From the NCBI GenBank assembly GCA_009914755.4, contig CP068257.2, positions 19,744,001 through 19,808,000 on the forward strand: a stretch of DNA of 64,000 bases, written 5' to 3'. Positions 13,950 to 26,830 of the stretch are shown piece by piece (position 1 is the stretch's first letter; the number at the start of each line of letters is the position of its first letter). Below the pieces are notes generated by a model, which did no database searches, had not been told where the DNA came from, and was given only the letters and a program-made list of their open reading frames with translations. Position numbers and translations under genes: made by a program. This DNA comes from the human T2T-CHM13v2.0 reference genome, Homo sapiens.

Positions 13950-15366
13950 TTTAAAAAACTTTTAAATTCAGGGGTACAAGTACTGGTTTGTTACACAGGT
14001 AAACCTGAGTCAGAGGGTTTGTGTGTCTGTGTGTGTACAGATTATTTCATCACCCAGGTATTAAGCCTAGTACCTATTAGTTATTTTTCCTGATCCTCTC
14101 CACCTCCCACCCTCCACCCTTTGATAGTTCCCAGTGTGTGTTGTTCCCCTGTATGTGTCCATGTATTCTCATCATTTAACTCCAACTTATAAGTGAGAAC
14201 ATGCAATAATTGGTTGTCTGTTCCTAAGTTAGTTTGCTAAGGATAATAGCCACCAGATCCATCTATGTCCCTGCAGAGGACATGACATCATTCTTTTTTA
14301 TGGCTACATAGTATTCCGTGGTGAACATGTACCACATTTTCTTTATCCAGTCTATCATTGATGGACATTTAGGTTGAATCCATGTCTTTGCTATTGTGAA
14401 TAGTGCTGCAGTGAACATACAAATGAATGTGTCTTTATACTAGAATGATTTACATTCCTTTGGGTATATACCCAGTAATGGGATTGCTGAGTTGATTGGT
14501 ATTTCTGTCTTTAGGTTTTGAAGAATCCCCACACAGTCTTCCACAATGGCTGAACTAATATACACTGCCACCAACAGTGTAACAGTGTTCCTTTTTCTCC
14601 ACAACCTAGCCAGGGTCTGTTGTTTTTGACTTTTTAATAATAGTCATTCTCACTGATGTGAGATGGGTATCTCATTGTGGTTTCGATTTGCATTTCCCTA
14701 ATGATCAGTGATATTGAGCTTTTTATCAAATGATTGTTGGCCACATGTATGTCCTCTTTTGAGAAGTGTCTGTTCATGTTCTTTGCCCACTTTTTAATGG
14801 GGTTGGTTTTTTTCTTGTAAATTTGTTTAAGTTTCTTAGAGATGCTAGATATTAGACCTTTATCAAATGCATAGTTTGCAAACATTTTCTTCCATTCTGT
14901 AGGTTGTTTTATTACTCTGTTGATAGTTTATTTTGCTGTGCTAGAAGCTCTTTAGTTTAATTATACCCCGTCAATTTTTCCTTTTGTTGCAATTGCTTTT
15001 GGCATCTTCATCATGAAGTCTTTGCCCATGTCTATGTCCTGAATGATATTATCTAGGTTGCCTTCCAGGGTTTTTATACTTTTGGGATTTACATATAAGT
15101 CTTTCATCCATCTTGAGTTAATTTTTGTATACAGTATAAGGAAGGGGTCCACTTTCAGTCTTCTGCATATGGCTAGCCAGTTATCCCAGCACCATTTATT
15201 GAATAGGGAATCCTTTTCCCATTGCTTATTTTTGTCAAGTTTGTTGAAGATCAGGTAGTTATAGATGTGCATTCTTATTTCTGAGTTCCCAATTCTGCTC
15301 CATTGGTCTATATGTCTGCTCTTGTATCAGTACCATGCTGTTTTGGTTATTGTAGCCCTGTAGCTT
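13950..15366 (-). mobile_element. L1 (L1PA/L1PB-like) 3' end, antisense, 5'-truncated (about 1.4 kb)
   Basis: A long collinear match to the reverse complement of the L1 ORF2 3' end plus 3'UTR (…tttaaattcaggggtacaagtactggtttgttacacagg…ttttatggctacatagtattccgtggtgaacatgtaccacattttctttatccagtctatcattgatggacatttaggttgaatccatgtctttgctattgtgaatagtgctgcagtgaacatac…). Minus-strand ORFs 14634..14885 and 14961..15272 translate to L1 ORF2 peptides. Confidence 0.8.
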
Positions 15367-16467
15367 TTCTGTGATTTTTTCCAGATAGTATAAAATGTTT
15401 AATTTCTATGATGCAAATACTAGGGCGATCAATGCTAAAACGGTTGTCCTGTACAATTTTTTCTTACCATACCAAAATTTTTTCTTATGACTGTTTATTT
15501 TAATTATTTTAAGAGATCTTTATTAACCTAGTAAGTATTGGATATGTAAAATTTAAAGATAATATCTTAATAAACCAAGATTTTAATTTTATTTGGATAT
15601 ATGCAGGTTTGTTTTGAAAGGCAAATTCTGAAAAAACAGGCATTATATTATTTATGAAACAACTTGAATACTGATATATCTATATCACCAGTAATTCTTC
15701 CTTTGATAACTCAGAAGTTTTTATGAAAGAGGTTCATTTAATCTTTGTTTTCTAAATACATAGGTGAAATTATACTTAAAAATGATACAGCTATTCATGA
15801 AAAATTCAAATATATAACATAACCAATAGAAGACAAATTAGCCATTGGAAGTACAGCTACAATATTTTTATTCATATTTTATGTATGATTTGATGAAGGA
15901 AAGATATTCTGATTAGAAAAAGGAGAATAATATTAGAAATATGAATAATTCACCTTACTTATCAAATTTTTCTTATGACCAGTAAATGTTTTATCATGAA
16001 TGAAAGTCAAATTAGAGAGAAAGCCAGTATGTGCTAAGAAGTCACATATAGGTATTCCTTAATAAAAATTACTCTTGTGACTCAAGGATCATAAAATATG
16101 CTGAGATGTATGCATAACTTGGCTGTTTAAAATTAGAACAAAAACTGCATATCCAGTGTTATGGTTAACTGGAAATAAGCACACATCTAATTTAGTATTC
16201 CACATAGCCATTAGAATTCCCATGGTACATGGACTGAATCCAGTTAATTGTCATAGCTTTTTCTACATATGACAGAACACAGAGAACTGGATCTATGAAA
16301 TCATTAATTGAATTACCCTTTAAATGTGCCAAAAGATATATTAGTTTTTACTCCCTTGGTAGTTTCCCTCAGCATAAATCAAATGAGAAAATTTAAATGA
16401 CTGAAAAAAAAGAACAGTGAGTGTTACAGGTTATTTTAAATGTGCAGTTAGACCTTAGTTAATTTAA

Positions 16468-16747
<280 letters not shown>

Positions 16748-17035
16748 CCAGCTTCTTTACAAAATAATTATAAAGGTCTAAGAAAGACAATCTATTACAA
16801 TAGATATAACACTGGATTGAAGTCCAAATTTCTGTGTCTTTAGAAATATCAAACAAATGTGGGTGTATTTCTCATCTTCTTTTAAATGGAGTGATGACAT
16901 CTGGAATACATACTTATCCTGGTTTTCATTCATCCATTTTACTGTTATTGACTGAATAGCTACTTATATTCAGGTGCTGTAGAAGAACTGTGAGGCAAGT
17001 AACATTGTTCTTTCCCTCATTGAATGTATAAATTA

Positions 17036-17351
<316 letters not shown>

Positions 17352-17379
17352 AATTTTTAAATTAGGGAGATAGAACATA

Positions 17380-20300
17380 CATGGGTACATTAAAATGAAA
17401 TATATCAAAGGTGGTTAGGTTTTGACCATACTGCCAAAAGCAGTCTACAAATTCAATGCAATTCTCATCAAAATAACACCATAATTCTTCACAGAATTAG
17501 AAAAAATAATTCTAAAATTCATATGGGACCACAAAAGAGCCCTCATAGCCAAAGCAATACTAAGCAGAGAGAACACATCTGGAGGCAACACATTACCCAA
17601 CTTCAAACTATACTATAAGGCTATAGTCAACAAAACAGCATGGATTAAATAGACACACAGTCCAATGGAACAAAATAGAGAACTCAGAAACAAAGCCAAA
17701 TACTTACAGCCAACTGATCTTTGACAAAGCAAACAAAAACGTAAAGTGGGGAAAGGACACCCAATTCAACAAACGGTACTGGGATAATTGGCAAGCCACA
17801 AGTAGAAGAATGAGACTGGATCCTCATCTCTCACCTTAAACAAAAATCAACTCAAGATAGATCAAAGACTTAAATCTAAGTCCTGAAACCATAAAAATCC
17901 TAGAAGATAACATGGGAAAAATCCTCTAGACATTGGCTTAGGCAAAAACTTCATGACCAAGAACCTAAAAGCAAATGCAACAAAAACAAAGATAAATAGA
18001 TGGGACTTAATTAAGTTAAAAAATTTCTCTACAGAAAAAGAAATAATCGGCCAGTAAACAGACAACCCACAGAGAGGAAGAGAATCTTCACAAACTGTGC
18101 ATCCGACAAAGGACTAATATCAAGAATCTACAAGGAACCCAAATCAGCAAGAAAAAAAAAAATACCATCAATAAGTGGGCTAAGGACATGAACAGGCAAT
18201 TCTCAAAGAAGATATACAAATGGGCAACAAATATATGTAAAATTCTCAACATTACTAATGATCAAGGAAATGCCAATCAAAACCACAATGTGATACAACC
18301 TCCCTCCTGAAAGAATGGCCATAATCAAAAAAATAAAAATACAATAGTGTTAGCACATACATGGTGAAAGTGGAACACTTTTAGACTGCTGGTGGGGATG
18401 TAGACTAGTAACACTGTCATGGGATCTTTACAGTGTCACTTTGCCAGCCAGAAACTTCTGTGGCTGGTAGTACCTCTGCTTGGGTTTTGCTTGCTTCCAC
18501 TGGGCTCATTCTGCCCACTCAGCTCATGCTATTGGCCTAGATCCCATACCCGCCAAGGGTGAACCAGGTGGGGAGTGGTGAGGGGTGTATCAGTGGGCGA
18601 GTGCAGGGTCCAGCCACTGGGCCCAGCCAGGCACTCCAGCTGCTGTGGTGGGACAGGCAGCTCCAGGTGCCACTCCATGCAAGGCTGAACCAGGTGTATC
18701 TCAAGGGGCTTCCACTGTGGGCACAAGCATCTGGACCAGGGGAATGCAGTGGTGCCCGAAAGCTCAGAGACTTCAGGGAGTGAACAGCCCCAAAGATGGT
18801 GTTACATCACGCCACAGCCCTGGCATGGGGAGCCCCAAGGTCTAGGCTCCCAGAAGGACCACAGCTCTTCTCTCCTTCTCATTGCCTGCAACGTGGCAAG
18901 TAGGGGGCATGTTTCAGTCCTGTTTGTGTTACAGCTCTTTCAGTCCCGCCATTCTGCAGATCCTGAGTTCTTGTCTCATGTCCAAGAAGAATGAGGTATG
19001 CAGACAAGTGGTGGGTTAGCAAGGAGGAAAGCAGTTTCATTGAGCTACAGAAAAGCTCTCAGTAGACCCTAAGTGGGTAGCTCTATCCACTGGCAGGTCA
19101 TCCTGACATCTGTCCAACTCTGGCTGAGTCGGGGTTTTATGGGCTCAGAGGGAGGAAGTGCTGATTGGTCCATGGTTGGCCATGGGTAGGCCTGGAAAAA
19201 GCACCAGAAGTTATCACTCTGGGCCACGATTCCACCCAGAACTTATAGCCCTAACTCCAGGCTTCAGGCTCTCCTTGGCTTGAAGGTGGACCCTCAGCTT
19301 TCTGCCCAGAAGGCTGTCTGCCTCCTGCTGCCATCAACATGTTGTATATGGCCCCCAGGCTGTTCATGCCAAGGGGTGCCTATAGGCCCCTGCTGAGCCA
19401 CATTTAGTCTTCCCTCAGCCTCCCTCCTATGCTCCTAGGTGCCCAATGTCCAGAGGGGGTTGAGGTAGCAGGGGTCTGGTGTGTCAGCACCTCCTTGAGT
19501 GTGCACACACCTAGGTGGGATGGGACGGCACCTGGGCTGGGCCACAACTTTGCTCCAAAATCGGAGCAGGCACCAGGAATGGAGAGAGGTCAGGGATGGG
19601 AGCAGGCACTTCCCAGCCTTTGGGGGAAGGGGGAGTTCCTCACCTCCTGAGAGCAGAGCGCGACTGTGCGGCTGCACATGCACCAGGGAGTGCAGGGCTC
19701 CCACCCCACCTACTCGGTAGGAGGCAGGGCTTCTTCCTGTTCCTGGCCCCTGCCGGCTCTGTGGAGTGCACAAACCTGGCCAGACCTCCCCAACTGCAGC
19801 TGGCATCTTCACAGTGGCTGCTCCAGATGGGCTGCCACTGCCATCACAACCACTATGGAAAACTGTGTGGAGATTCCTTAAAGAACTAAAAGTAGATCCA
19901 CTATTTTTCCAACAATGCCACTACTGGGTCATTATATGAAATAAACACTTGCACATGCATGTTTATAGCGGCACAATTAGCAAATGCAAAAATATGGAAC
20001 CAGCCCAAATGTCCATTAATCAATGAGTGGATAAAGAAAATGTAGTGTGTGCGTGAATACTATTCAGCCATATGAAGGAACAAAATAATGGCATTTGTAG
20101 CAGCCTAGTTGGATTTGGAGACCATTATTCTAAGTGACATAACTCAGGAATGGAATGCCAAACATCAAATGTTCATACTCATAAGTGGGAACTAAGCTAT
20201 GAGGATGCAAAGGCATAAGAATGATACAATGGACTTTGGGGACTGAAGGGAAAGGGTGAGAGTAGGGTGAGGGATAAAATATTAGACACTGAGTACAGTG

Positions 20301-20425
20301 TATACTGCTCAGGTGATGGGTACACCAAAATCCCACAAATCAGCACTAAATAACTTATCCTTAGAACCAAACACCACCTGTTCCCCAAAAACCTATTGAA
20401 ATAAAAAATTAAAATTAAAAAGAAG
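17380..20425 (+). mobile_element. L1 (older L1P-like) ORF2 3' region through 3'UTR/poly-A, sense, interrupted by a 1.4 kb insertion
   Basis: …attctaaaattcatatgggaccacaaaagagccctcatagccaaagcaatactaagcagagagaacac… runs collinear with L1 ORF2 up to …cacttttagactgctggtggggatgtagactagtaacactgtcatgg (18422). It resumes at 19846 with …aaccactatggaaaactgtgtggagattccttaaagaactaaaagtag… and continues to an L1 3' end/A-rich tract near 20420. Confidence 0.8.
18423..19845. mobile_element. GC-rich about 1.4 kb insertion splitting the L1; probably an ERV LTR (family unresolved), with CCAAT/ATTGG motifs
   Basis: An abrupt jump from AT-rich L1 to GC-rich sequence with internal short repeats (…gaaccaggtgg…gctgaaccaggtg…, gggtccagccactgggcccagccagg) and gctgattggtccatggttggccatgg (inverted CCAAT boxes). 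The host L1 sequence is collinear on both sides. This segment generates the whole cluster of overlapping ORFs 18529..19889 in the track. Confidence 0.4.
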
Positions 20426-22483
20426 AAAAAAGGTGATTAGGCAGATTGAGACAGCTAGTACAAAGCACCGAAAGCACAAAAGAGTTCGGGATGATTAAGG
20501 TTTAAGAAGAAGAGTTAATTTAAATGTATGCAAGGTCACAAATAAGCCTAGGTTAGTTTATGTGAAGCTTTGTAAAGAGTCATAAAAGTTTGGATTTAAG
20601 GAGTGTGAATAGGATCTTTAAAAGGTTTTAAGCAGGATAGTTACATTTGCTTAAAGTAGAAACTGGTAGGTGAGTAAGTCAGCAAGGGGCTTCTAAAACT
20701 GACCAGGTAGTGACTATGAACTGGGCAAGAGAGCTCATACTAAATATTGAGAGACATGAATGATATTTCTATATATTGTGCTTTAGTGGTGAGAAATCAA
20801 TGACAAAGCTTTTAAAATTGACACCCTATTATAACCAAATCTAAGTTCAGCTGCTCATCACTTGAAAGCCAAACATGAGAGATGAGAGTTGGCAGGAGGA
20901 AAAGCAGGTTTATTCTGAGAGCCAGCAAACCAAGAAAATGGTGGACTAAAATCCCAAAGTACCATATTAAGTCAGTACAAATTTCAGCCTCTTTTTGGTT
21001 AAGGGCAGGGAGGGTGAAGAGATGGGGATTAGGATCAAGAGGTGACCAAGGGTGGCAGACATCTGAGTGTCAGTGAGGATCCAATGGGGTTGGAAAATTT
21101 TGTCTTTGGTCAAGTCACAATGCTTCCATAAATATTTAATGAGAAATATGGTTAATTTGTACATACTTTTCCTTTAACTCCAGAATTCGTTTTGAAAATT
21201 ATGATTGCTGTCCTTGCGTATTATGAGCGTTATTAAATTATTCTAGCCTCCATGTAAGAATGGATAAAGGCTCCTTAAACAAAAATGGAGTTAGTTATGA
21301 CAGTTCTTTTGCTGTTTCACTGTTACACTATTACATGTGAAAATAACTCTTTCTGTTATTTGTAGTTCTTAAAATATAATATTAAAAAGGACATTTGAAA
21401 ATTGTTTGCCACAGAGTATTATGACTGGAAAAGAGGAAGATATTTCACTCTAGTATGTGAATGCTTTGAAGAGTATGTAGGACATAATCTACAATACAAT
21501 CATAATACAGTTTTACAAGGATGATGCCTATTCTTATTCTCATCAATATGATTTTTAAAAACTTATTTTTATTATAAATTATTTCCCTAGTAATGCCTTT
21601 TCAATTTGATTTAGAAAATGGATTGTATATCGTGAGTTTTATAGTGAGTTACCTGGTTCTAATATTCATGACCTAGTGGAAATTCAGGTCAAAGACTTGT
21701 ATATTTCAGTTCCCAGAGCCTGTGTTATGCTTTATTATCAGCTTCACCCTGCTCAGACACAGGCAGAATTCAGTAATGCAGGCCAGCACTGAGCAAGAAA
21801 TAAGACTTTTCTTAGGTCACAGTTACCAACCACAAATAAACTAGGCTCAGAGAAAATATTTCAGAGCCAAAGGAGGAATTACAAAAGAAAGTAGAAAGCT
21901 TGCATTAAGCAAGTAATCAAGTCAAGAAATCTCATACTGCAGGAGAATGCAGTGATCAGTACTGACTCCAAGTTCACCTCTAAATCTCAGAATAAGAAAA
22001 AAAAGAGGCAGGGAGGGGGCATTTATCAAAACAAGTATAACTTGGTACCAAGTCCAAAGACATGCTTTAAATTGACACCCTATTATAGTTTCTTTGGTGT
22101 CTCCTAGTATGGAAAGGATTGGGCTGGAAATAAGCTTGTCCTGAATGAAACATTGAGGAAGGTGACACATTCAGATGCTGGCATATGTTACTGTTTCATG
22201 TGATGCTGGCAATGTAATGTCAGAGATTCAGTCAAGGGCATGGATTTAAGAATAAATGTTCTAGGTCAGACTTCTGCCTGTACAGCTGCCATTTAATTAA
22301 ATCTAAATAATTTATCATTAGGGATCATTTCATTGTGATAACAGCTAAAAGAGCATAGTTCCTTGTTTTTAATGTCTGTAGACACATTACATCTTGTTTG
22401 CAGTATTCCTTTTCTTATGGTCTATATAGTAATGCACAATTTTTATTAATTATATACTTATTAAGAAGATTTTGGAGTCTTAA

Positions 22484-22762
<279 letters not shown>

Positions 22763-23189
22763 TAGTAAACTACACCAGAGGCTTTTATAAACATGAAATA
22801 ATTATTATCCCAAGTGGCTTACATAGTTCTTTAGAAAGGCAAATGCCACCTTTTATATGGACTAGTGCTACTTTATGTATCCTAAAAGTAATATGCATGT
22901 TTATTTTTTAAATTTGTCCCAGGGTAATTTTAAAGAAATCTTAGAGGTTAAGGAATTTGGGAAGAATTTATCTAGTTCAACTCCTAAATTCTTTAAAGAA
23001 AAGAAAAAAAGGCCAAACTTAAAAGCAGAAACTCAAGGTCACATCTTTTCTACTTGACAGAGTTGGCACTCAATTTTGATTGCAAGCTCAATGCTATTTC
23101 CAATACAAAATTTTGCTTATGAGCACCAGCCACAAATTTTATTTTGTTTTCATCCACTATTCTCTGTGTGTATGTGTGTGCACATCTCC

Positions 23190-25165
23190 AGACCTTTTTA
23201 ATTTAGTTGTATATATTTATGGGTCACAGTGTGATATTTTCATATATGTCTAACAGTGTGGAATGTTTAAATTCTTCACCTCACATACTCAGCCTTTTTC
23301 GTGGTGAGAACATTTGAAATGTACTGTCTTAGCAATTTTTAAACACATGATACACTAACTGTTGTCATCTTATTGGGTAATACATCTCAAAAACTTACTT
23401 CTGTTGTCTAACTGAATCTTTGAATCCCTTGGCCAACATCTTTCTATTCCTCTTACCACCATAACCTCTGGTAACCACCAACCTACTGTCCTTTTCTATG
23501 AATTTGACTGTTTTTTATTCCACATGTATAAATTAGATTATGCAGTATTTGTGTTTCTGTGCCTGGTTTATTTCACTTAAGATAACATCCTCCAGATTCA
23601 TTCATGTCATTGAAAATGTCAGAATTTCCTTCTATTTTCATTTTGTATATATACTATGTGTTTTGTATCCATTCATCTACTGATGCACATTTTAATCTGA
23701 TTTCATGTCTTGACTATTGTGAATAATGCTGCAATTAATATAGGAGTATGGATATCTTTTCTACATACTAATTGAAGTTCCTTTGGACATATACTCACAA
23801 GTAGGATAACTGGATAATATGGTAATTGTTGCAGGAAGTCAGGGACCCTGAACAGAGGGACCGGCTGGAGCTGCAGCAGAGGAAACAAATTGTGAAGATT
23901 TCATGGACATTTATCACTTCCCTAATAATACTCATAATTTCTTATGCCTGTCTTACTTTAATCTCTTAATCCTGTTATCTTCGTAAGCTGAGGATGTAAG
24001 TCACCTCAGGACCCTGTGATGATTGCGTTAACTGTACAAATTGATTGTAAAACATATGTGTTTGAACAATATGAAATGAGTGCACCTTGAAAATGAACAG
24101 AATAACAGCGATTTTAGGGAACAAGGGAAGACAACAGTAAGGTCTGACTGCCTGCAGGGTTGGGCAAAAACAGCCATATTTTTCTTCTTGCAGAAAGCCT
24201 ATAAACGGACATGCAAGTAGGAGAGATATGGCTAAATTCTTTTCCTAGCAAGGAATATAATATTAAGACCCTAGGAAAAGAATTGCATTCCTGGGGGGAG
24301 GTCTATAAACGGCCACTCTGTGAGTGTCTATCCTATGTGGTTGAGATAAGGACTGAGATAGGCCCTGGAGTCCTGCAGTACCCTCAGGCTGACTAGGATT
24401 GGGAAACCCCAGCCCTGGTAAATTTGAGGTCAGACTGGTTCTCTGCTCTCAAACCCTGTTTTCTGTTAAGATGTTTATCAAGACAATACGTGCAATGCTG
24501 AACATAGACCCTTATCAGGAGTTTCTGATTTTGCCCTGGTCCTGTTTCCTCAAAAGCATGTGATCTTTGCTCTGCTTTTTGCCTCTTGAAGCATGTGACC
24601 TACTCCCTGTTTGTACACTCCCTCCCCTTTTGAAATCCCTAATAAAAACTTGCTGGTTTTGTGGCTCAGGTGGGCATCATGGACCTACCGATATGAGATG
24701 TCACCCCTAGTGGCCCAGCTGTAAAATTCCTCTCTTTGTACTCTTTCTCTTTATTTCTCAGAGTGGCTGACACTTAGGGAAAATATAAAGAACCTACACT
24801 GAAATATTGGGGGTGGGTTCCCCTGATAGGTAGTTCCGTTTTTAATTTTTTGAGAAACCTCCATACAGTTTTTCATAATACATGTACTAATTGACATTCC
24901 CACCAAAAGCATATAAGGGTTATCTTTTCTCTGCATCCTTGACAATAATTACCTTCTGGGTTTTTTGTAATAGCCTTTGTAACTGATGTGAGTTTATATC
25001 TTCTTATGGCTTTAATTTGCATCTTCTTAATGATTAGTGATGTGGAACATTTTTTAAAATACCTGTTGGCCACTTATTTACCTTCTTTTGGGCTAATTCA
25101 GTTCCTTTGCCCATTTTAAAATCAGATTATGTGTTTTTTTTGCTATTGAATTTTCTCCAGATTCT
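23190..25165 (-). mobile_element. Old L1 3' end (3'UTR plus ORF2 C-terminus), antisense, carrying a nested 1 kb LTR
   Basis: Reverse complement of old L1 3'UTR/ORF2: …ccttggccaacatctttctattcctcttaccaccataacctctggtaaccaccaacctactgtccttttctatgaatttgactgtttt…cacttaagataacatcctccagattcattcatgtc…gtgaataatgctgcaattaatataggagtatggatatcttttc…ggataatatggtaattgt, then the LTR, then ggtagttccgtttttaattttttgagaaacctccatacagtttttcat…aatttgcatcttcttaatgattagtgatgtggaacattttt…. ORF 23703..23888(-) translates to an L1 ORF2 C-terminal peptide. Confidence 0.7.
23830..24828 (+). mobile_element. Solo ERV LTR (about 1 kb) nested in the L1; family not confidently assigned
   Basis: A discrete 1 kb block (tgcaggaagtcagggaccctgaacagagggaccggctggagctgcagcag…) precisely interrupts a collinear L1. 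It carries an AATAAA poly-A signal (…ccctaataaaaacttgctggttttgtggctcagg…) about 200 bp before its 3' end, an LTR-like U3-R-U5 layout. A short duplicated host motif ggtaRtt sits at both junctions, consistent with a 5-6 bp TSD. Confidence 0.6.
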
Positions 25166-26258
25166 TGTTGTAAGACTTGTGACAAGTTGTGAGAAGCACT
25201 ATGCCTGGGACATTTTAACTGCTCACAAAATAGTAGAGATTTAAGTTAATGTTCTTCTGGGAATCTTTCTCTGGGTTGCAGTTATATAACAATATATTTA
25301 TTTACTTTTGCATCTGCCTCATCCACTAGAATGTTTCCTGTTGAGATGAATACCTTGCATTTAAACAGTAATTTGCATGAAATAAACTACCAGTGATAAT
25401 TTGGGACAGTGGTTGCCCTCCCAGAGCTGCAGATGGAAAATCTTTAAGATTAAGGTTGAGACATTCATCTTTTTCCTCCACAAACTCTCAATGTGCCAGT
25501 TAATACTCAGGGAAGAAAAACTTTTATACCCAAACAGTTGTGTCCAGCATCTGCTAAATGGCTTACTATTCATAGACATAAATTTTGATATTATTTTGAA
25601 TTATTAGTGTACAATCAAATATATCATTCTGATTTGGAGGATTTTAACATTTTATTTGGCAAGGCAACCCATGATGGCAGTATATCATGAAGAAGTTAAA
25701 TTCCTTCAACATCTTTTTGAAAGTGAAGGTGGAATAAATGTACAAATAGGTAAATATTAGTTTGAAATCAAAACAAATAAAACCAAAACATAAATAAAAT
25801 GTTAATTATTCACCATACGTTATGGAGTATGATTAATTCTAAACAAGTTATTGTAGCATTGAAATATGTGAAAATATAGAATGTATGAGCTCTGTCATTA
25901 AAATATGAGTTCAATTTAGAAATTTAAATAAAAATAAAGTCACTATTTAAGGGGTCAGGCTTAATATATGGTATCATAATACTGTTAAAATTTAATATGA
26001 ATTTTGCCCTCTTTATGATAAAAATAATTGATGTTGTTTTATGCTTTCAAGTGTCTTACTACATATGGAGTGTCTTGACATTTTTAAAAATGGAAATAAA
26101 GCCTCTTTCAATTTTAATTTCAAATAATTATGCCTCTCAACAAATAAAATAGATAACTCAATATTTCCCCTGATGTGAGGCATACGTGTTTACTGTAGAG
26201 TGAATATATGTGTGTAAACAATATCAACATATGTCAATATATTGTATGTATATGTGTA

Positions 26259-26597
26259 CAATATGGTTTGGCTGTGTCCCCACCCAAATCTCATCTTGAA
26301 TTGTAGCTCCCATAATTCCCACGTGTTGTGGGAGGGACCCAGCAGAGCATAATTGAATCACAGGGTAGTGAATAAGTCTCACGAGAGCTGATGGTTTTAT
26401 AAGGGGTTTCCCCTTTTGCTTGGCTCTCATTCTGTCTTGTCTGCAGCCAGGGAAGATGTGCCTTTCACTTCCCCTTCTGCCACGACTGTGAGGCCTCAAC
26501 AGCCAAGTGAAACTGCGAGTTTATGAAACTTCTTTTTCTTCATAAATTACCCAGTTTTGAATGTCTTTATCAGCAACATGAAAACGAACTAATACAG
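26259..26597 (+). mobile_element. THE1/MST-type MaLR solo LTR
   Basis: Near-textbook THE1 LTR: atatggtttggctgtgtccccacccaaatctcatcttgaattgtagctcccataattcccacgtgttgtgggagggacccag…gaataagtctcacgagagctgatggttttataaggggtttcccc…gtgaggcctcaacagccaagtgaaactgcgagtttatgaaacttctttttcttcataaattacccagttttgaatgtctttatcagcaacatgaaaacgaactaatacag. Confidence 0.8.
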
Positions 26598-26830
26598 TAT
26601 ATATTTGTGTATATGAGTGTATATATGTATATATAGTATGTATGTGTATATACCGTATATCAATATATGTCAGTATATCTATATATACACAATATATGCC
26701 ATTAAATGTATATTTGTATACATGAGAGTGAATATGTATATATTCATATGTGTGTTTACACATACCCACTCGTATGTACATATATGTATATATTCACTCA
26801 TATATACATATATACATATGTGCACACACT
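26598..26830. repeat. Complex (TATATG/TGTATA)n low-complexity microsatellite
   Basis: tatatatttgtgtatatgagtgtatatatgtatatatagtatgtatgtgtatata… ORFs 26521..26781, 26617..26895 and 26706..26903 are Tyr/Ile/Cys-rich translations of this repeat. Confidence 0.8.

Noticed and set aside
14634-15272. Minus-strand ORFs 14634..14885, 14961..15272, 41661..41903 and 23703..23888 with real protein-like sequence
   Set aside because: They translate to fragments of L1 ORF2 (reverse transcriptase C-terminal region), so they belong to truncated L1 copies and are not host genes.
18529-19889. Cluster of six overlapping 65-125 aa ORFs on both strands (for example 19435..19812(-) 125 aa and 19515..19889(+) 124 aa)
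   Set aside because: All lie inside the GC-rich inserted element that interrupts an L1. Mutual overlap in several frames, absence of splice or promoter context, and GC-driven stop-codon depletion explain them. The peptides are low-complexity (Pro/Gly/Ala/Arg-rich) with no recognisable domain.
20430-21180. Unclassified moderately GC, non-AT-rich stretch with 60-68 aa ORFs (20882..21076, 20967..21164)
   Set aside because: It has no recognisable repeat hallmark or coding signature and is probably an ancient degraded repeat. There is not enough evidence to call a feature.
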